From Octopus bimaculoides (taxonomy: Eukaryota), in NCBI RefSeq assembly GCF_001194135.2, contig NC_068991.1, positions 32,296,814-32,341,092 of the forward strand: a stretch of DNA of 44,279 nucleotides, written 5' to 3'. The notes beneath the pieces were generated by a model that made no database searches, had not been told where the DNA came from, and saw only the letters and a list, made by a program, of their open reading frames with translations. The translations under genes were made by a program, and so were the position numbers. Of the stretch, positions 1-11,085 are shown piece by piece. Position 1 is the stretch's first letter. The number at the start of each line of letters is the position of its first letter.

Positions 1-151
1 AGATGAGTTTTGAGTTAACGGAAGCTAAATGTAATAGAAGTTAATTAGCCCAATAATGATTTTCAAAGTTAACTTAAGAAGCTAAATCGTTAACGGAAAT
101 GTTAACATTGTTAATTGTCAATTAACGGATTAACAGACTTATGCCTAGCTC

Positions 152-153
<2 letters not shown>
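1..153 (-). mobile_element. Terminal fragment of a probable hAT-like DNA transposon (subterminal GTTAAC-motif repeats)
   Basis: Repeated gttaac/ttaacgga motifs over 1-135 ending in ...cttatgcctagctctg. The reverse complement CAGAGCTAGGCATAAG resembles a hAT-type CAG terminus. The other end is not in the window. Confidence 0.45.

Positions 154-191
<38 letters not shown>
154..191. repeat. (AT)n microsatellite
   Basis: Direct reading. Similar (AT)n tracts occur at ~490, ~586, ~17928, ~19455, ~21325 and ~23643. Confidence 0.95.
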
Positions 192-196
<5 letters not shown>

Positions 197-289
197 CACT
201 GCTTTATTTTGAGATTGCTAATATTAACAATACTTGCAAATAAAATACAGACTGGAGTTGTAGTGCTCCAAGTGAGCTATATTCTGTTC

Positions 290-578
290 AATAATCTGAA
301 TGGAGGCAATGCAAGCGGAAACTAGAGGAACATATGAATTTTAGCTTTAAAAGTTACAATACATTGGTGTAATAAAAATTTGATACGATAAAACATTAAA
401 AGGATGTACTAAAATCAATATTTATCTATTTATTTGTATTTTTATATTTATATATTTGGAAATTTTATATCTGTTTTACAAATGTAGAAGAATATATATA
501 TATATATATTGGATTTTGTGTGTGGTTATTAATTATGTTCCTCTAGTTTCCGCTTGCATTGTCTCCATTCAGATTATT
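290..578. repeat. 45-bp inverted repeat pair (290-334 / 534-578) with ~200-bp spacer
   Basis: AATAATCTGAATGGAGGCAATGCAAGCGGAAACTAGAGGAACATA matches the reverse complement of 534-578 with 1 mismatch. Confidence 0.9.
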
Positions 579-640
579 AAACGGTATATATATATATATA
601 AATTTAGTAAAACGCATATGTTAACTGAATACTTTTATTT

Positions 641-690
641 CCAACATATGTTTCGAAGATTACAAATTATACCTTCCATAGAATCGGTGA
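641..690 (-). ncRNA. Decayed minimal hammerhead ribozyme remnant (Penelope pLTR-type)
   Basis: Minus strand ctatggaag...cttc-GAAAC-ATAT-GTT, with palindromic stem III ACATATGT and AATAAA just downstream. The CUGANGA core is corrupted. Confidence 0.35.
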
Positions 691-699
691 TGTTGATAA

Positions 700-1160
700 G
701 AATGTTGCTCTCTTCTCAGTAAGGGTCTGTGCTTGCCCTCCTCACTCCATTCAGTAATGAATTTCAGACCCGTGCGAATATTCATACCTTTGTGCGCTGC
801 GTCAGGCTATATGCACTATTCCACAACACTCCACCTGCATCTAATGAAGAGGACTGCTTCACCGACCTGTGCCACCGACCATCCCACTGGACACCAGTTC
901 CTGGCCAGTTCCAAGCAGTCAATTATTTTGCAAGCATCTGCCAACATGTTGTGGACTGGTTTAACTTTCACAGGCATCCCCGACATTCCAACATCCCCCT
1001 GGCTGAACTTTCAGCCCTTCGATGTCTCCAATGCCGCGAAAACATCATCATAAAACTGGCTGACAAGGGTGGACCCGTGGTGGTGTAGCACGCTGACCTC
1101 TACAAGGCTGAAGCTCTCCAACTTCGAGACACCCCCTTCTATTGCTCTTTGCCCTCTAAC
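700..1160 (+). pseudogene. Penelope-like element, N-terminal RT region fragment
   Basis: LLSKGLC at 712-732, then after a frameshift ...SNIPLAELSALRCLQCRENIIIKLADKGGPVVV (PLE IKPADKGGAVVV motif), then *HADLYKAEALQLRDTPFY. Confidence 0.8.
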
Positions 1161-1164
1161 TCCA

Positions 1165-1218
1165 ATAGACAACTGGTTCAAGAGCATCTGGAGGTGCAGA
1201 TGTGTCTCATCGGGTGAT
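1165..1218 (-). ncRNA. Decayed hammerhead remnant
   Basis: Minus strand CCGATGA-GA-cacatctg/cagatg hairpin-ctc-ttGAAC-cagtt-GTC. The core is mutated. Confidence 0.3.
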
Positions 1219-1589
1219 AAATAGATACAACTCATTAAAATAACAGTTCCGCAATGTATCTTCTCATTTCACAGAAAGAAAAGCAGCAAAATGAAGGAAA
1301 TATCTTCTTTTATATAAAAGATCAAAAATTAAATCATAAATGCAAATAAAAGAAATGAACACACAATACACCAAGAAAAGTAATGAAAATAACCGTTAAC
1401 AGATATGCTGATATGGATATATAAATGCCCTCACAGAAGCTGCATGTGTACACTCATACATGCATCCACGAAAATGTAAGCATCCGCACATGTGTGGTTT
1501 GGTGCACATATGATCACAAAGCAAGTTAAATAGTTACTTGGTGTTTATAAGGATGGAGAGGTTAAAGCTAAACTTAATTCATCCATACC

Positions 1590-2140
1590 TTAGAGTAAAT
1601 TATGCTAATAGTTACCCAAATTCATTCCCACTGCATTGTGTGAAAGTACATTTATATGTGTGTAGGTATCTTGAGAGTCTTTCAGAAATTCTATTATTAA
1701 TGATCTCATTGGTCCACAGAATAGACAGGGGTTCCTCAGAGCAGAGTTGGCATCTCTTGGAAATAATATTGTATGGTTTTGCATGCCTTACTATGTTATA
1801 CTTAATTTTATCTTCCTTCAGTCACCACACGAAATCGGCCAAATATGTTGAATGTCTCTTATTGATTCCCTTGAAGCTGACAACATGGTTGCGATAACAA
1901 TTCTTAAACGAATCAGCCATCTACCCACTGTAAACATACAGCCCTCCCCTCATGTGCACAGTACATTTCTAAACAAAATTTGTACTCAAACGGAGGTTCA
2001 TCAATGGACATTTTGATTTTTCTCTGCATGAGCATTTATCATTTATTTGTATATATATGGAAGTTCTGACTTCATTTTCCGATGTTGTTACTATGAGGGA
2101 TCAATGCTAGATGTGTCGAAACAATTGTCGTGGTTAATAA
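1590..2140 (+). pseudogene. Highly degraded Penelope-like RT C-terminal region plus pLTR tail with HHR remnant (2085-2135)
   Basis: YL..S.....ISLVHRIDRGSSE..L.IILYG resembles the PLE thumb region. The tail reads ctATGAG...GAAAC-AATT-GTC with palindromic ACAATTGT. Confidence 0.45.
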
Positions 2141-2443
2141 GAATTCTCATATATTCCATCTGTTTTTCATTTATCATATACATAGCGAACACTGTGAAAG
2201 TGACTGTGCTTTACCAGTAAGCTACCAGGTGTAAACCATTTGTCTTATTATCTAATAATAATAATAATAATAATAATATCACTTCCCCTGCATGTTGTGT
2301 TGTGTTGATTCTTTACACTATGAGATTTACTTCATCCATGTGTTTTCTTTTAATAAAAATTTGTATTTATCAATTAGAATTTTGTAGATATTTTTCGTTG
2401 AAGTTTTTCTGTGTTTACATTCATTGCAACAAATGCCTTTCAA

Positions 2444-2747
2444 TTTAAACCCAGGTCAGGCCAGAATGAGCCATTCTGTATTTTTATTGAAGATGTAGAA
2501 CAATATTATTTAATGTGTCCATCATTTTTTTAAATATTAGAGCATAGTGTGAGGGAGATTTGGCTGTTATTTCTTGCAAATTGAACAACTACACAGAGAT
2601 TACCTCATTGGTTCATTTGCTGATGTGTATAAGTAAACAAAAGCTAAAGGAAATGGATCTTCATCTGTTTCTAGAATGATCATTCCAGTTGTATGATCAC
2701 CTGAACTGGTTACACATTCAACTGGTACTTATCTTATCAACTCTCAA
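2444..2747 (+). repeat. Copy 1 of a ~300-bp local duplication (copy 2 at 4823-5157)
   Basis: Colinear match from tttaaacccaggtcaggccagaatgagcc, through catttgctgatgtgtataagtaaacaaaagctaaaggaaatgg, to the cattcaactggtactta SINE tail. Confidence 0.85.
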
Positions 2748-2904
2748 AAAAAATAAGTACCAATTGAATAACAGGATCTAAAAGGGTAAAACTTCATTTA
2801 ATTTAGAAAATTTGAAAATGTAACACTTGTGCCTTTCTATCTGTTATGCTTCATTTCTATCTGTTATGCCCCCACCATTACTACTCCCCACCTCCAGCAT
2901 CCCC

Positions 2905-3135
2905 TCAGTGAAGGGGCCTTTTCTGTTTTTGTGAATTACTTGGAAGCCTCTCTAGTGCCAGTGCCATGAAAATAGCACTCAGTACACTTTATAAAGTGGT
3001 TGGCATGCTAGGAAGGGCATCTATCTATAGAAACAGTGCTAAAATAGACATTGAAGCTTAATGATGTCCTTTGGCACATCAGATCCTGTAGAACCATTCA
3101 ACTCGTGCCAGCATGGAAGCCAGCAGATGATAATG
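2905..3135 (+). mobile_element. Degraded SINE 3' half (RTE-like tail family; same family as 44049-44279)
   Basis: gcactcagtacact..aaagtggttggc..ggaagggcatc...gccagcatggaa...gatgataatg. Confidence 0.6.
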
Positions 3136-3534
3136 TAGACACCCTAATTGTAGAGCACAAACAAGATCTGAAAGAAAATGTCTACCAAAGATAAAGAAGA
3201 AATAATGGATTTATATTAATTACTGATATCAAAGCAGTCATTTATTTTAACTGGTTGAATCAACCATAATGTCCCTCTTTCTTAGTCTCTTTCTATCTCT
3301 CTTCCTGCAGCCACATGACCTGTACAAGCAGATTATTCAGTAATTAGCCAGGGACATTTTCACTTTAAGCAGAAACTAGTTGAGTGTTAATGAAAATTGT
3401 TATACAATCCTAATGAAATTGAATCTGACTAAAAATATATAAATAAATAAATGAACCCCCAGCTATGGACACTTTGGCTACAAGACACCTGCAGTGACAA
3501 TGTCACTAATCTCAATATCTGCTGCAAGTAAGGG

Positions 3535-3750
3535 TGGGGGAGCTAGCATAATTGTTAACATGCCAGGCAAAGTGTTTAGTGGCATTTCCTCCATCTTTAC
3601 ATTCTGAGTTCAAGTTCTGCTTTGGTCAACTTTGCCTTTCATCTGATTGGGGTCACTGAAATAAATACTGGTTGAGAGCTGGGGTCGATGTAATCAACTT
3701 AGCCCCTCTCTCAAATTACTGGCCTTGTGCCAAAATTTGAAACTAATATT
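3535..3750 (+). mobile_element. tRNA-derived SINE (degraded)
   Basis: A-box-like agctagcataattg and B-box-like gagttcaagttc. Same family as 5123-5270 (-), 6540-6665, 34530-34745 and 35365-35545. Confidence 0.7.
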
Positions 3751-4274
3751 TGCTGCAGTATTTTCTTTTATTTATTTAGTAATCTTTCGTTTTATGATCA
3801 CAAAATGAAAGCTCAAACATGACACCCTTTAAGGTTCATCATCATTTAATGCCTCTTCCCTTCATACTGAATGATTTAACAGGAATTGGCCATCCAAAGA
3901 GCTGTTCCAGACTCTTCTCTGTTTTGGCAGGGTTTTACAGCTAGACACCCCTGTGGAACATGTTGAATACAGGCACTTCACCCTCCTCCACACACTTTTT
4001 GGTTTCCTCAAAATTTCCTTGAAGTATTCTTTAATTTCTTAAGCCCCCCACCACTCCCACCAAAAAAAAAATTAGATTTGGTTTACAACTCATTTTGAAA
4101 TTTCATTCTTTTGGAGAAATTCCATGTTTTAAAATACTGAAATGATTATTTAGATAAGAAAAAGGTGTTTCATAAAGTTTTAATTTCCTTTAACTGATTG
4201 CTTTCAGTTAATTTATACTTTCATTTTGTGGTCATAAAATGAAGAAATGCTATCCATTTATTGTTGTTTGAATT

Positions 4275-4555
4275 GTTACAGTCATTTAACTGTGGCCATA
4301 CTGGGGCATAACCTTCTATGGTTTAGTCAACTAAATCAACTCTAAGTTAATTTGATCTGTCAGTCTTTTTTGGTGAACTGCTAAGTTACAGGGATATAAA
4401 CACACCAACAACAGGTTGTCAAGTGATGAGAAGTAAACATAAACACAACAGACACACACACACACATACTCACACACAATTTCACACACTCACATACATG
4501 CACACACACACATTGACATTCACACCCAATAACACATACACACACTTATGAAAGA
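4275..4555 (-). mobile_element. Old SINE 3' part with (CA)n tract
   Basis: Similar to the 18825-19207 SINE (gtcatt..actgtggccat.ctgg, gctaagttac.gggat.taaacacacca). Confidence 0.6.
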
Positions 4556-4822
4556 GAGAGATAAAGTCTGTCAACTGCTGCTATTGGAAACTGGAATTAG
4601 ACAAACATTTAAAGAAACAAAAGGGAATTGAGCATTTCTGATGAAGAGAAGTAAAATTTGATGGCAAAACAGCACCAGGACAAGATGCGATTACTCCAGC
4701 TGGTCCTGTCCCTCACTTGAGGTCTTTTGCAGTAATACCAGACTCTGTCTTCCAGCAAAAACAAAGCAAAGTTTTCCAGATTCTGATCCATTGTCTCCAA
4801 AGATTTAAAGGATGCTTTGATG

Positions 4823-5157
4823 TTTAAACCCAGGTCAGGCCAGAATGAGCCATTCTGTATTTTTGTTGAAGATGTAGGACAACATTATTTAACGTGTCCT
4901 TCCTCCTTCATTTTTTAAATGTTAAATCATAATGTGAGGGAGATTTGGCTATTATTTCTAGCAAACTGAACAACCACACAGAGATTACCTCATTGGCTCA
5001 TTTGCTGATGTGTATAAGTAAACAAAAGCTAAAGGAAATGGGTCTTCATCTGTTTCTAGAATAATCATTCCAGTTGTATGATCAACAGAACTGGTACGAT
5101 CTGGTATGAACTGGTATGATCAACATTCAACTGGTACTTATTTTATCAACCCTCAAA
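4823..5157 (+). repeat. Copy 2 of local duplication (see 2444-2747)
   Basis: Colinear with copy 1, plus a small internal expansion of gaactggtatgatc-like units at ~5088-5122. Confidence 0.85.
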
Positions 5158-5759
5158 GGATGAAAAGCAAAGTTAACCTTGGTGGAATTTGAACTCAGAA
5201 TGTGAAGCATTTTGCCCAGTGTGCTTAATGATTCTGTCAGCTTCTGGTTACGCATTATATTAACATATAACTGGCTGAGTATATCACTGCACACATGTAC
5301 CCACAACATAATCCATAAGTAGAATCAGTACAACCCAGTGGGACATGATTAGGCCTTTTAATTACAGGTCCAGGATCTAATTATAGTGTAATTTGGCTGA
5401 GTATTCCATAGATATATGTGACCTTAATATAATTCTGGGACTGAATCAGTGTGACACATGATGGACATAGCCAGAGTTTCATCTGAATGTTTCTCAACTA
5501 TTAAGAAAAATACACCATCCACTGAATAATTTACAAAATTAAACTAAATATCAGATGAATAATTCTGTTGACAGGGAGCTGTGGGTTACAGGTTTCTTTT
5601 CCCCTTATTGGTTACATACTTAATGTGAGACTAGGTTGGCTCTTTAAATTAGTTGTACTTCATTTGGCACAGTTTCTATTTAACCAGTTTTACTCCCAAT
5701 TCTGTGGCCACCTGACAAATTAACTACTAAGTCAATCACAGATGTGTTCCATCCTCTGA

Positions 5760-6065
5760 TGCCCAGACATTCTGTGTCCTTTCTCTCTGCCATTTCTACT
5801 GATACTATATGCTTCTGCTCCTTGCAGCTAGCTGAGCTCACCTCACCTCCTCTCAAATGTTCCCATCCCACTTGCCTCTTCTCTTCTCATCATCCCTCTA
5901 ATGTAACCCCCACCCCACCACCACCTACAAGGCCTCCCGTTTATCACTATGCTTAGTCTTCCCTCCCACAAATGGCTTCCCTCAAGAAATCCCTCCCTGC
6001 TCATATCTTTCCCACAGATGTTGGTTCACAATGGCATTAATCATTAACCTCACTCACCTAGATGG
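5760..6065 (+). pseudogene. L2/CR1-group LINE 3'-terminal ORF fragment
   Basis: LAELTSPPLKCSHPTCLFSSHHP...HYA*SSLPQMASLKKSLPAHIFP resembles the L2/Crack C-terminus (..S.HP.....R..HY..SF.PRT..LWNSLP..IFP). Confidence 0.55.
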
Positions 6066-6729
6066 TCCATGAAAGGCATGGGCTCTGTCCCTTCCTTCAG
6101 ACCCAACATGGGTAGAAGATAAAACAAAAAAAAAAGATCAAACCAAAACAAGGCTAAAAGATTCTTGCTCAAGGTGTGATGGATTTGGACTGAACTCAAC
6201 ACTAACATGTCAGGATTATGATGTGAACTTATTAATCACCTGATCGCGTGTCTTTCCTCCACCCCTGCCTGAGATGTAGAGGTAAAACTGTACATGTGGT
6301 GGGCAAGTCATGTAATTGGTAGATTTGGGTTCAGCTGAGGTAGAAATAATAAACCCTGTGGAGCTGAAGCTGGAAGAATGAATCAGAAGAGTTATTTCCT
6401 AAATGATACGGAAGGAATAAAAGGGCACAGAATTGAGTAGTGGGATGTGAAAGACAGAAGTTTTGAGGAAATTTTCCATTGTATGAAACAAAAAGATATT
6501 AAAAACAAAATGAAGGAAACCTGCTCACCTCACTTTTCCAGAATGGAGTGCCAGACTAAATGCTTTGTTCTAGTCAGTTATGTTCCTCTGCATTCTGAGT
6601 TCAAATCCCATAAAACTCTGTTTTACCTTTAATCCAACAGGTATCAATAAAATAAATTACACTAGAATAGCTTGCCAATAACAACACATTTCTCAATTCT
6701 TTTTATCTTCATTCTTCTGTTAGAAAAGG

Positions 6730-7455
6730 GGATTATCACACACACTCTTCTTCCCTTTGTTTTTGTACAAGTGTATTATAGATGCATTTCTGAACTGCTG
6801 GGGAACAGATCCAGTTTCCCAAATCAAACAGATCAATTTGCACAGCTTCCTTACAAGTTGTCTGCTACCATGCTTGTACACCTCTATGGGAATATCATTT
6901 TGTCCAAGAGCTTTACCATTGGAAAGATTTTTGATAGTAATACTTATCTCTTCCAAGGAAGGATGTTTTGCATCAGCATCGGTAGTGGATTCTTGATTTG
7001 ATACAGATTTAAAGTGTTCAGTCCATCTTTTCAGAATGTCATCTTTCCTACTTAAGAGTTTTGTTCCATTGTTAGAGAGAATAAATTCTATACTACCTTT
7101 TTTGGGCCAAACACATTTTTCAGAATGTTATAGTGTTCTCAAGTTGTGAGAGTTAGCAGCCTGTTCCAAATCTTGGGAGCTTTTTTTTGCCCACCAGATT
7201 TTTCATCTCATGCAGTTTTCTGCATAGCTTTTCAACAAATGTATAGAAATCTGGATGTTGGTGAGTTTTTGTCTGAGATCCATGTCTTGTGTCTCTTGTG
7301 CAAAGTTTCTAGGAGAGGTTTAATTTGAGAATCGTACTTGTTGGTGTTTGTGATTCACAAATCCTAGAACTACTTCAGCAGATGATTTGAAGCTGTCACG
7401 AATAGTGCACTACTTCAGGCATTCCTCTATTTCTGCAAGCTATGAATTTAAATGT
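6730..7455 (-). pseudogene. RTE (BovB-like) LINE ORF fragment, EN-RT linker to RT start
   Basis: GTKLLSRKDDILKRWTEHF and IKNLSNGKALGQNDIPIEVYKHG...WETGSVPQQFRNASIIHLYKNKGKKSVCDN. Contains frameshifts and stops. Confidence 0.85.
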
Positions 7456-7463
7456 ATTTGTGA

Positions 7464-7782
7464 TGTAAAGGAAGAAAAAGACGGAAGCGAAGAAAGAATT
7501 ACAGTAGTCTTACCTGTCGGTCTAGTAAAAGGGTCACTTTCAACATCCATGTGCTGTCTCGATCTCCAAGGTTCACTCCATGTCCACGTGCACTATCCGT
7601 CACTGTACAGTCTCACATGTCCACTCTGATATGCTGTCCACTGCCAACTGGCCCTTTGTGCTTTGCTGATGCCACATGTCTACTGCAGCACTTACGGTGG
7701 GATCCACAGGCCCCACTTCCAACAAGACATGACTACTCCCTCGCTTCCAATCCTTCCCTACTACACAGCCTGGCTCATAACA
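7464..7782 (-). mobile_element. Probable 3' LTR of a Gypsy-like element
   Basis: Minus strand begins TGTTATG directly after the purine-rich tract GAGGAGCATGGGG (7783-7795) and ends ...TTTACA. It follows the integrase C-terminus. Confidence 0.55.
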
Positions 7783-8312
7783 CCCCATGCTCCTCTGATC
7801 TGAAGATCATTCAACCAACCTGCCCACGCCCTCTTCTCAACCCCAACCACATGTCTCATAATCAGCCAACCAGCGAGGAGGGCACCGCTCCCTCTGTGAC
7901 CATCGTGGGACTTCAGGACTAGCCTCAGTTCCTGGCATGTTCCTGCCAGCTTCGTCCACTTGTCCATTACTGTTGGCCCCATCCTCCGTCGCAGTGACGA
8001 TCCTGCACACATCCAAAACATGTTGTGGCATGCCATCTACAGATACGTTGTTCCTTGAATTCACAGAGGTTATTGTCCTCTTTCCCCACTGTGGTGGGCA
8101 CCGCACATTTGGGGGCTTAACCCAAACTTCTTCTCTGACCTGCACAAAGGCATGCTCTTTCTCTTCTGTGGGATGCGGTGATGCAGTACATGGATGCCTC
8201 CACTTGTACTTGAATATTGCCCTGTGTGGCACCGACTCCTCAGCCTGTCTCATCCTGGGCGGCATATTATACCAAAAAACGACTTCGACAGATGAGATGT
8301 GGCCCCTCTCAG
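7783..8312 (-). pseudogene. Gypsy-like integrase C-terminal fragment
   Basis: ERGHISSVEVVFWYNMPPR...AIFKYKWRHP...EEVWVKPPNVRC..QWG...ITSVNSRNNVSVDGMPQHVLD...PRWSQRERCPPRWLADY (ORF 7837-8265). Confidence 0.7.
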
Positions 8313-8314
8313 TG

Positions 8315-10378
8315 GTGCTATTTCTGGATTTTTTAAAGAAGCAACGTTTATTCTCAGATGTAAACTGGATTTCAGTGGCTTCTTTTCACATGTTTAAACC
8401 TTGCTGTGAACCATTCTGTGATTCAAGTAACACTTGGGAGTATTGTGAGTTCTGGTGAAACTGAAATCACTGCAATCCTTGTTCTTAGTTATAACATAGT
8501 CCAGCATGTACCAGTGACCAGATCAGGAGTGCTTCCAGATGTTTTTGCATTCATCTGCCTACTTAAACACTACTGTGGAGAGATAAACTGAATTTTCCAA
8601 TCATTTCCAAGCTCGAATATGTGTTTCATTTGTATGACAAATGCACTAAGAAAGGAAAATGAGCCATTAGAAGAACTGTTCAATATCACCTAAGTCTGCA
8701 GTGAATGGTTCAATGCTGATGACAAAACACTTACTCTATCCATCTCCAAAGCAAAGGCAAAGTGAGTTATTTGACATGCAAAACTGCAAGCAAGTACACT
8801 GTCCATCTTTCCAAGAGATGCTCTGATGCTGAAACCTCCCATTCTTTATCAAACTCAACAGCCCTGGATACTGACAGTGATTCTGAAGAAGAAGAGATTG
8901 AAGAGTACAATTATGGTGAAGATGACAGCGTTGATCAAAGCATTTATTCTTCCACAAGGCATAAAAAATCTGCAATTGGTATGAAATTTGTAACTGGAAC
9001 AAACGTCTCTACCAACAAATCTGTGAAAATCTGCTGACAATTGTCAGAGGAGGACATTAACATCCCAGTTACTAGTCAGCAAGGCATTTACAATGCACTG
9101 CTCAAGAAAGCTTATGAAAAGAAAAATACACTTGATCGATACGCTACGCAATCAGAAATGGAGCCTGCATTTCGATGGTAAACATATTGACAGAAATGAA
9201 TATCAAGCAGTTGTCATCAAGAATGAAACAAGTGAAATCAAACTGGCTGCTCTGAAGCTGTGTGATGGCAAGGCTGAGACCATTGCAGAAGGATTGAAAA
9301 GCATCTTGGACAAATTTCACCTGTGGGGCGCAATCTCAATGATTATTGCTGGTGCAATGAGTGTGAATACAGGATGAAAGAATGGAGTAGTGGTTAGACT
9401 GCAGAGAATGTTCTTGAGCAAAGGCTAAGACAAGCCACAATTTGTGAGCTGCTAACACCATATCTTGGACAGAATCCTTCACATTGTTATGGATGAGGAA
9501 CTAGCAGGTGCAAGCAATTCACTCAACTTCAAATATTTTCTTGTCAAAGAATTCATGACAAGTTATGAAGAACTCCAAGGTTCCTTCCAGAATGGAACTC
9601 GTCATTGAAGATCAAACTGGTCGGAGAGAGGATATGAAGTTTCTGTCCCCCTTAACCTGTGCCTTCAGGTTTTTCCATGAAAAGTGAGACATACCTTTCA
9701 TCAAGTTTCACAAAATTCTGAACATTAGTAATGCCAGATGGAATTCACAAGCAATTTTAGCCCTTCTTGCATTTTCCTTCAAGTCACATGTGAGAGATTG
9801 CAGATGGTCTGCCAGTTCATCTCATATGACTGGGCAGACCACTGGTTCAGTGACCAAGTGTATAGAGTGTATTATGCATAGCTATCGTAAGCCTTACTAC
9901 TATACAAGATTCCTTTGAAATGCTTGACAAATCACTGGAAACAAGAGCCATCAAACCTAAACATTAGCAGAAACAATCAATACTGTGAGCAAGCAATTAA
10001 GGTCATGCAAGAACAAAGCCAACCTGCCATTGTGTTTCATTCTCTCTATTAGACTTGCTGCAACTTGACTATTGACTAATTTGACTATGTATGACTTACC
10101 TTCTTTTTATTGTTCTGGAATGCAGTATACAGTTCTTTTAACAGTCATGAATTAAACTTTTTGGATCTTTCCCCCTTTTTGGTTTATTATTCTATCAGGG
10201 TTCTGTAACCAAGTATAAAATGCAATCAAGTATAAAAATTTCAAAGTTAGTCGTGGGTGAATTTTTTTGATTGAATACAAAAAAACAAAAAAAACACATT
10301 GATTTTCATTTTCTTCAAGCAAAAACTCATCAGATTATGGATACAGGACCATGGAATTACAAAAATGTTGTATCCCTA
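8315..10378 (+). mobile_element. hAT-superfamily (hATm-like) transposon remnant, 5'-truncated, with degraded transposase at ~8330-10020
   Basis: WSLHFDGK, GKAETIAEGL, SVNTG.KNGVVVRLQ, C*HHILDRIL, ISNARWNSQAIL, NNQYCEQAIKVMQE. The 3' end ...GTATCCCTA is the reverse complement of a TAGG-type terminus. Confidence 0.6.
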
Positions 10379-10409
10379 GTGCACACAGCATGGTGAGATT
10401 CCATGACCA

Positions 10410-10560
10410 GATTTTGAGTAGGTGTTCTGCTTGCTACGGGTAGGTCTTCTTGAGCATGGTAGAGCACCAACCCTCCCAATCCATTGCCATCTCCTCTGTA
10501 AGGTCCAGCATCTTGAGGTCAGCTTTCACAACCTCATTCCATACTGCATGGCAAAGATCT
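10410..10560 (-). mobile_element. RTE-type LINE 3'-end fragment
   Basis: Minus strand W.EVVKADLKMLDLTEEMAMDWEGW..KKTYP, typical of the RTE C-terminus. Confidence 0.55.
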
Positions 10561-10659
10561 CTAATAGCATTTACTAAGACATTTGAAGATGATGCAATAC
10601 TACTATTTAATGCATCATCTTTATGACGCAGACAATTAGTTTTGCATCATCTTTGAAGA

Positions 10660-10900
10660 ACACAATGGAAAGGACACAAGAAGAACTCCATCCTACAATG
10701 TTTTACATCAACAGCTTGGACCATGCCATTTTGCAAGTAGATCTTGTGATTCAGCTCTTTCATCATTTATATTGTTCATGAAGCCAAATCTCCTGGAAAT
10801 AATCAAATATGGACAAATGCCAAAAGAACTCATGTCTATAAAGATAAGTGGATAGAAATAGATTCTGCTGAATTTAGAAAGTTTATTGGATTGATTACAT
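10660..10900 (+). pseudogene. piggyBac (PGBD4-like) transposase N-terminal fragment
   Basis: NVLHQQLGPCHFASRSCDSALSSFILFMKPNLLEIIK, then after a frameshift WTNAKRTHVYKDKWIEIDSAEFRKFIGLI. Confidence 0.7.
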
Positions 10901-11085
10901 CGGTCAACAAAATTCGAACTTCTTGCTGTCCCATTAACTAAAGAAAGTGGACTTTATAGTACTTTTAACATAGATTTCGCAACTGTTTTTAGAATTTTTC
11001 TATCAGGTATGGGTTTTATGTGATTGAGTAATTAAATTATCCAATAAATGTACTATATTACTACAGAAATAAGGCGGACAATTAT

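Noticed and set aside
4609-4800. ORF METMDQNLENFALFLLEDRVW... as a possible exon
   Set aside because: It resembles a degraded RTE C-terminus (DR..W motif), and there is no splice support.
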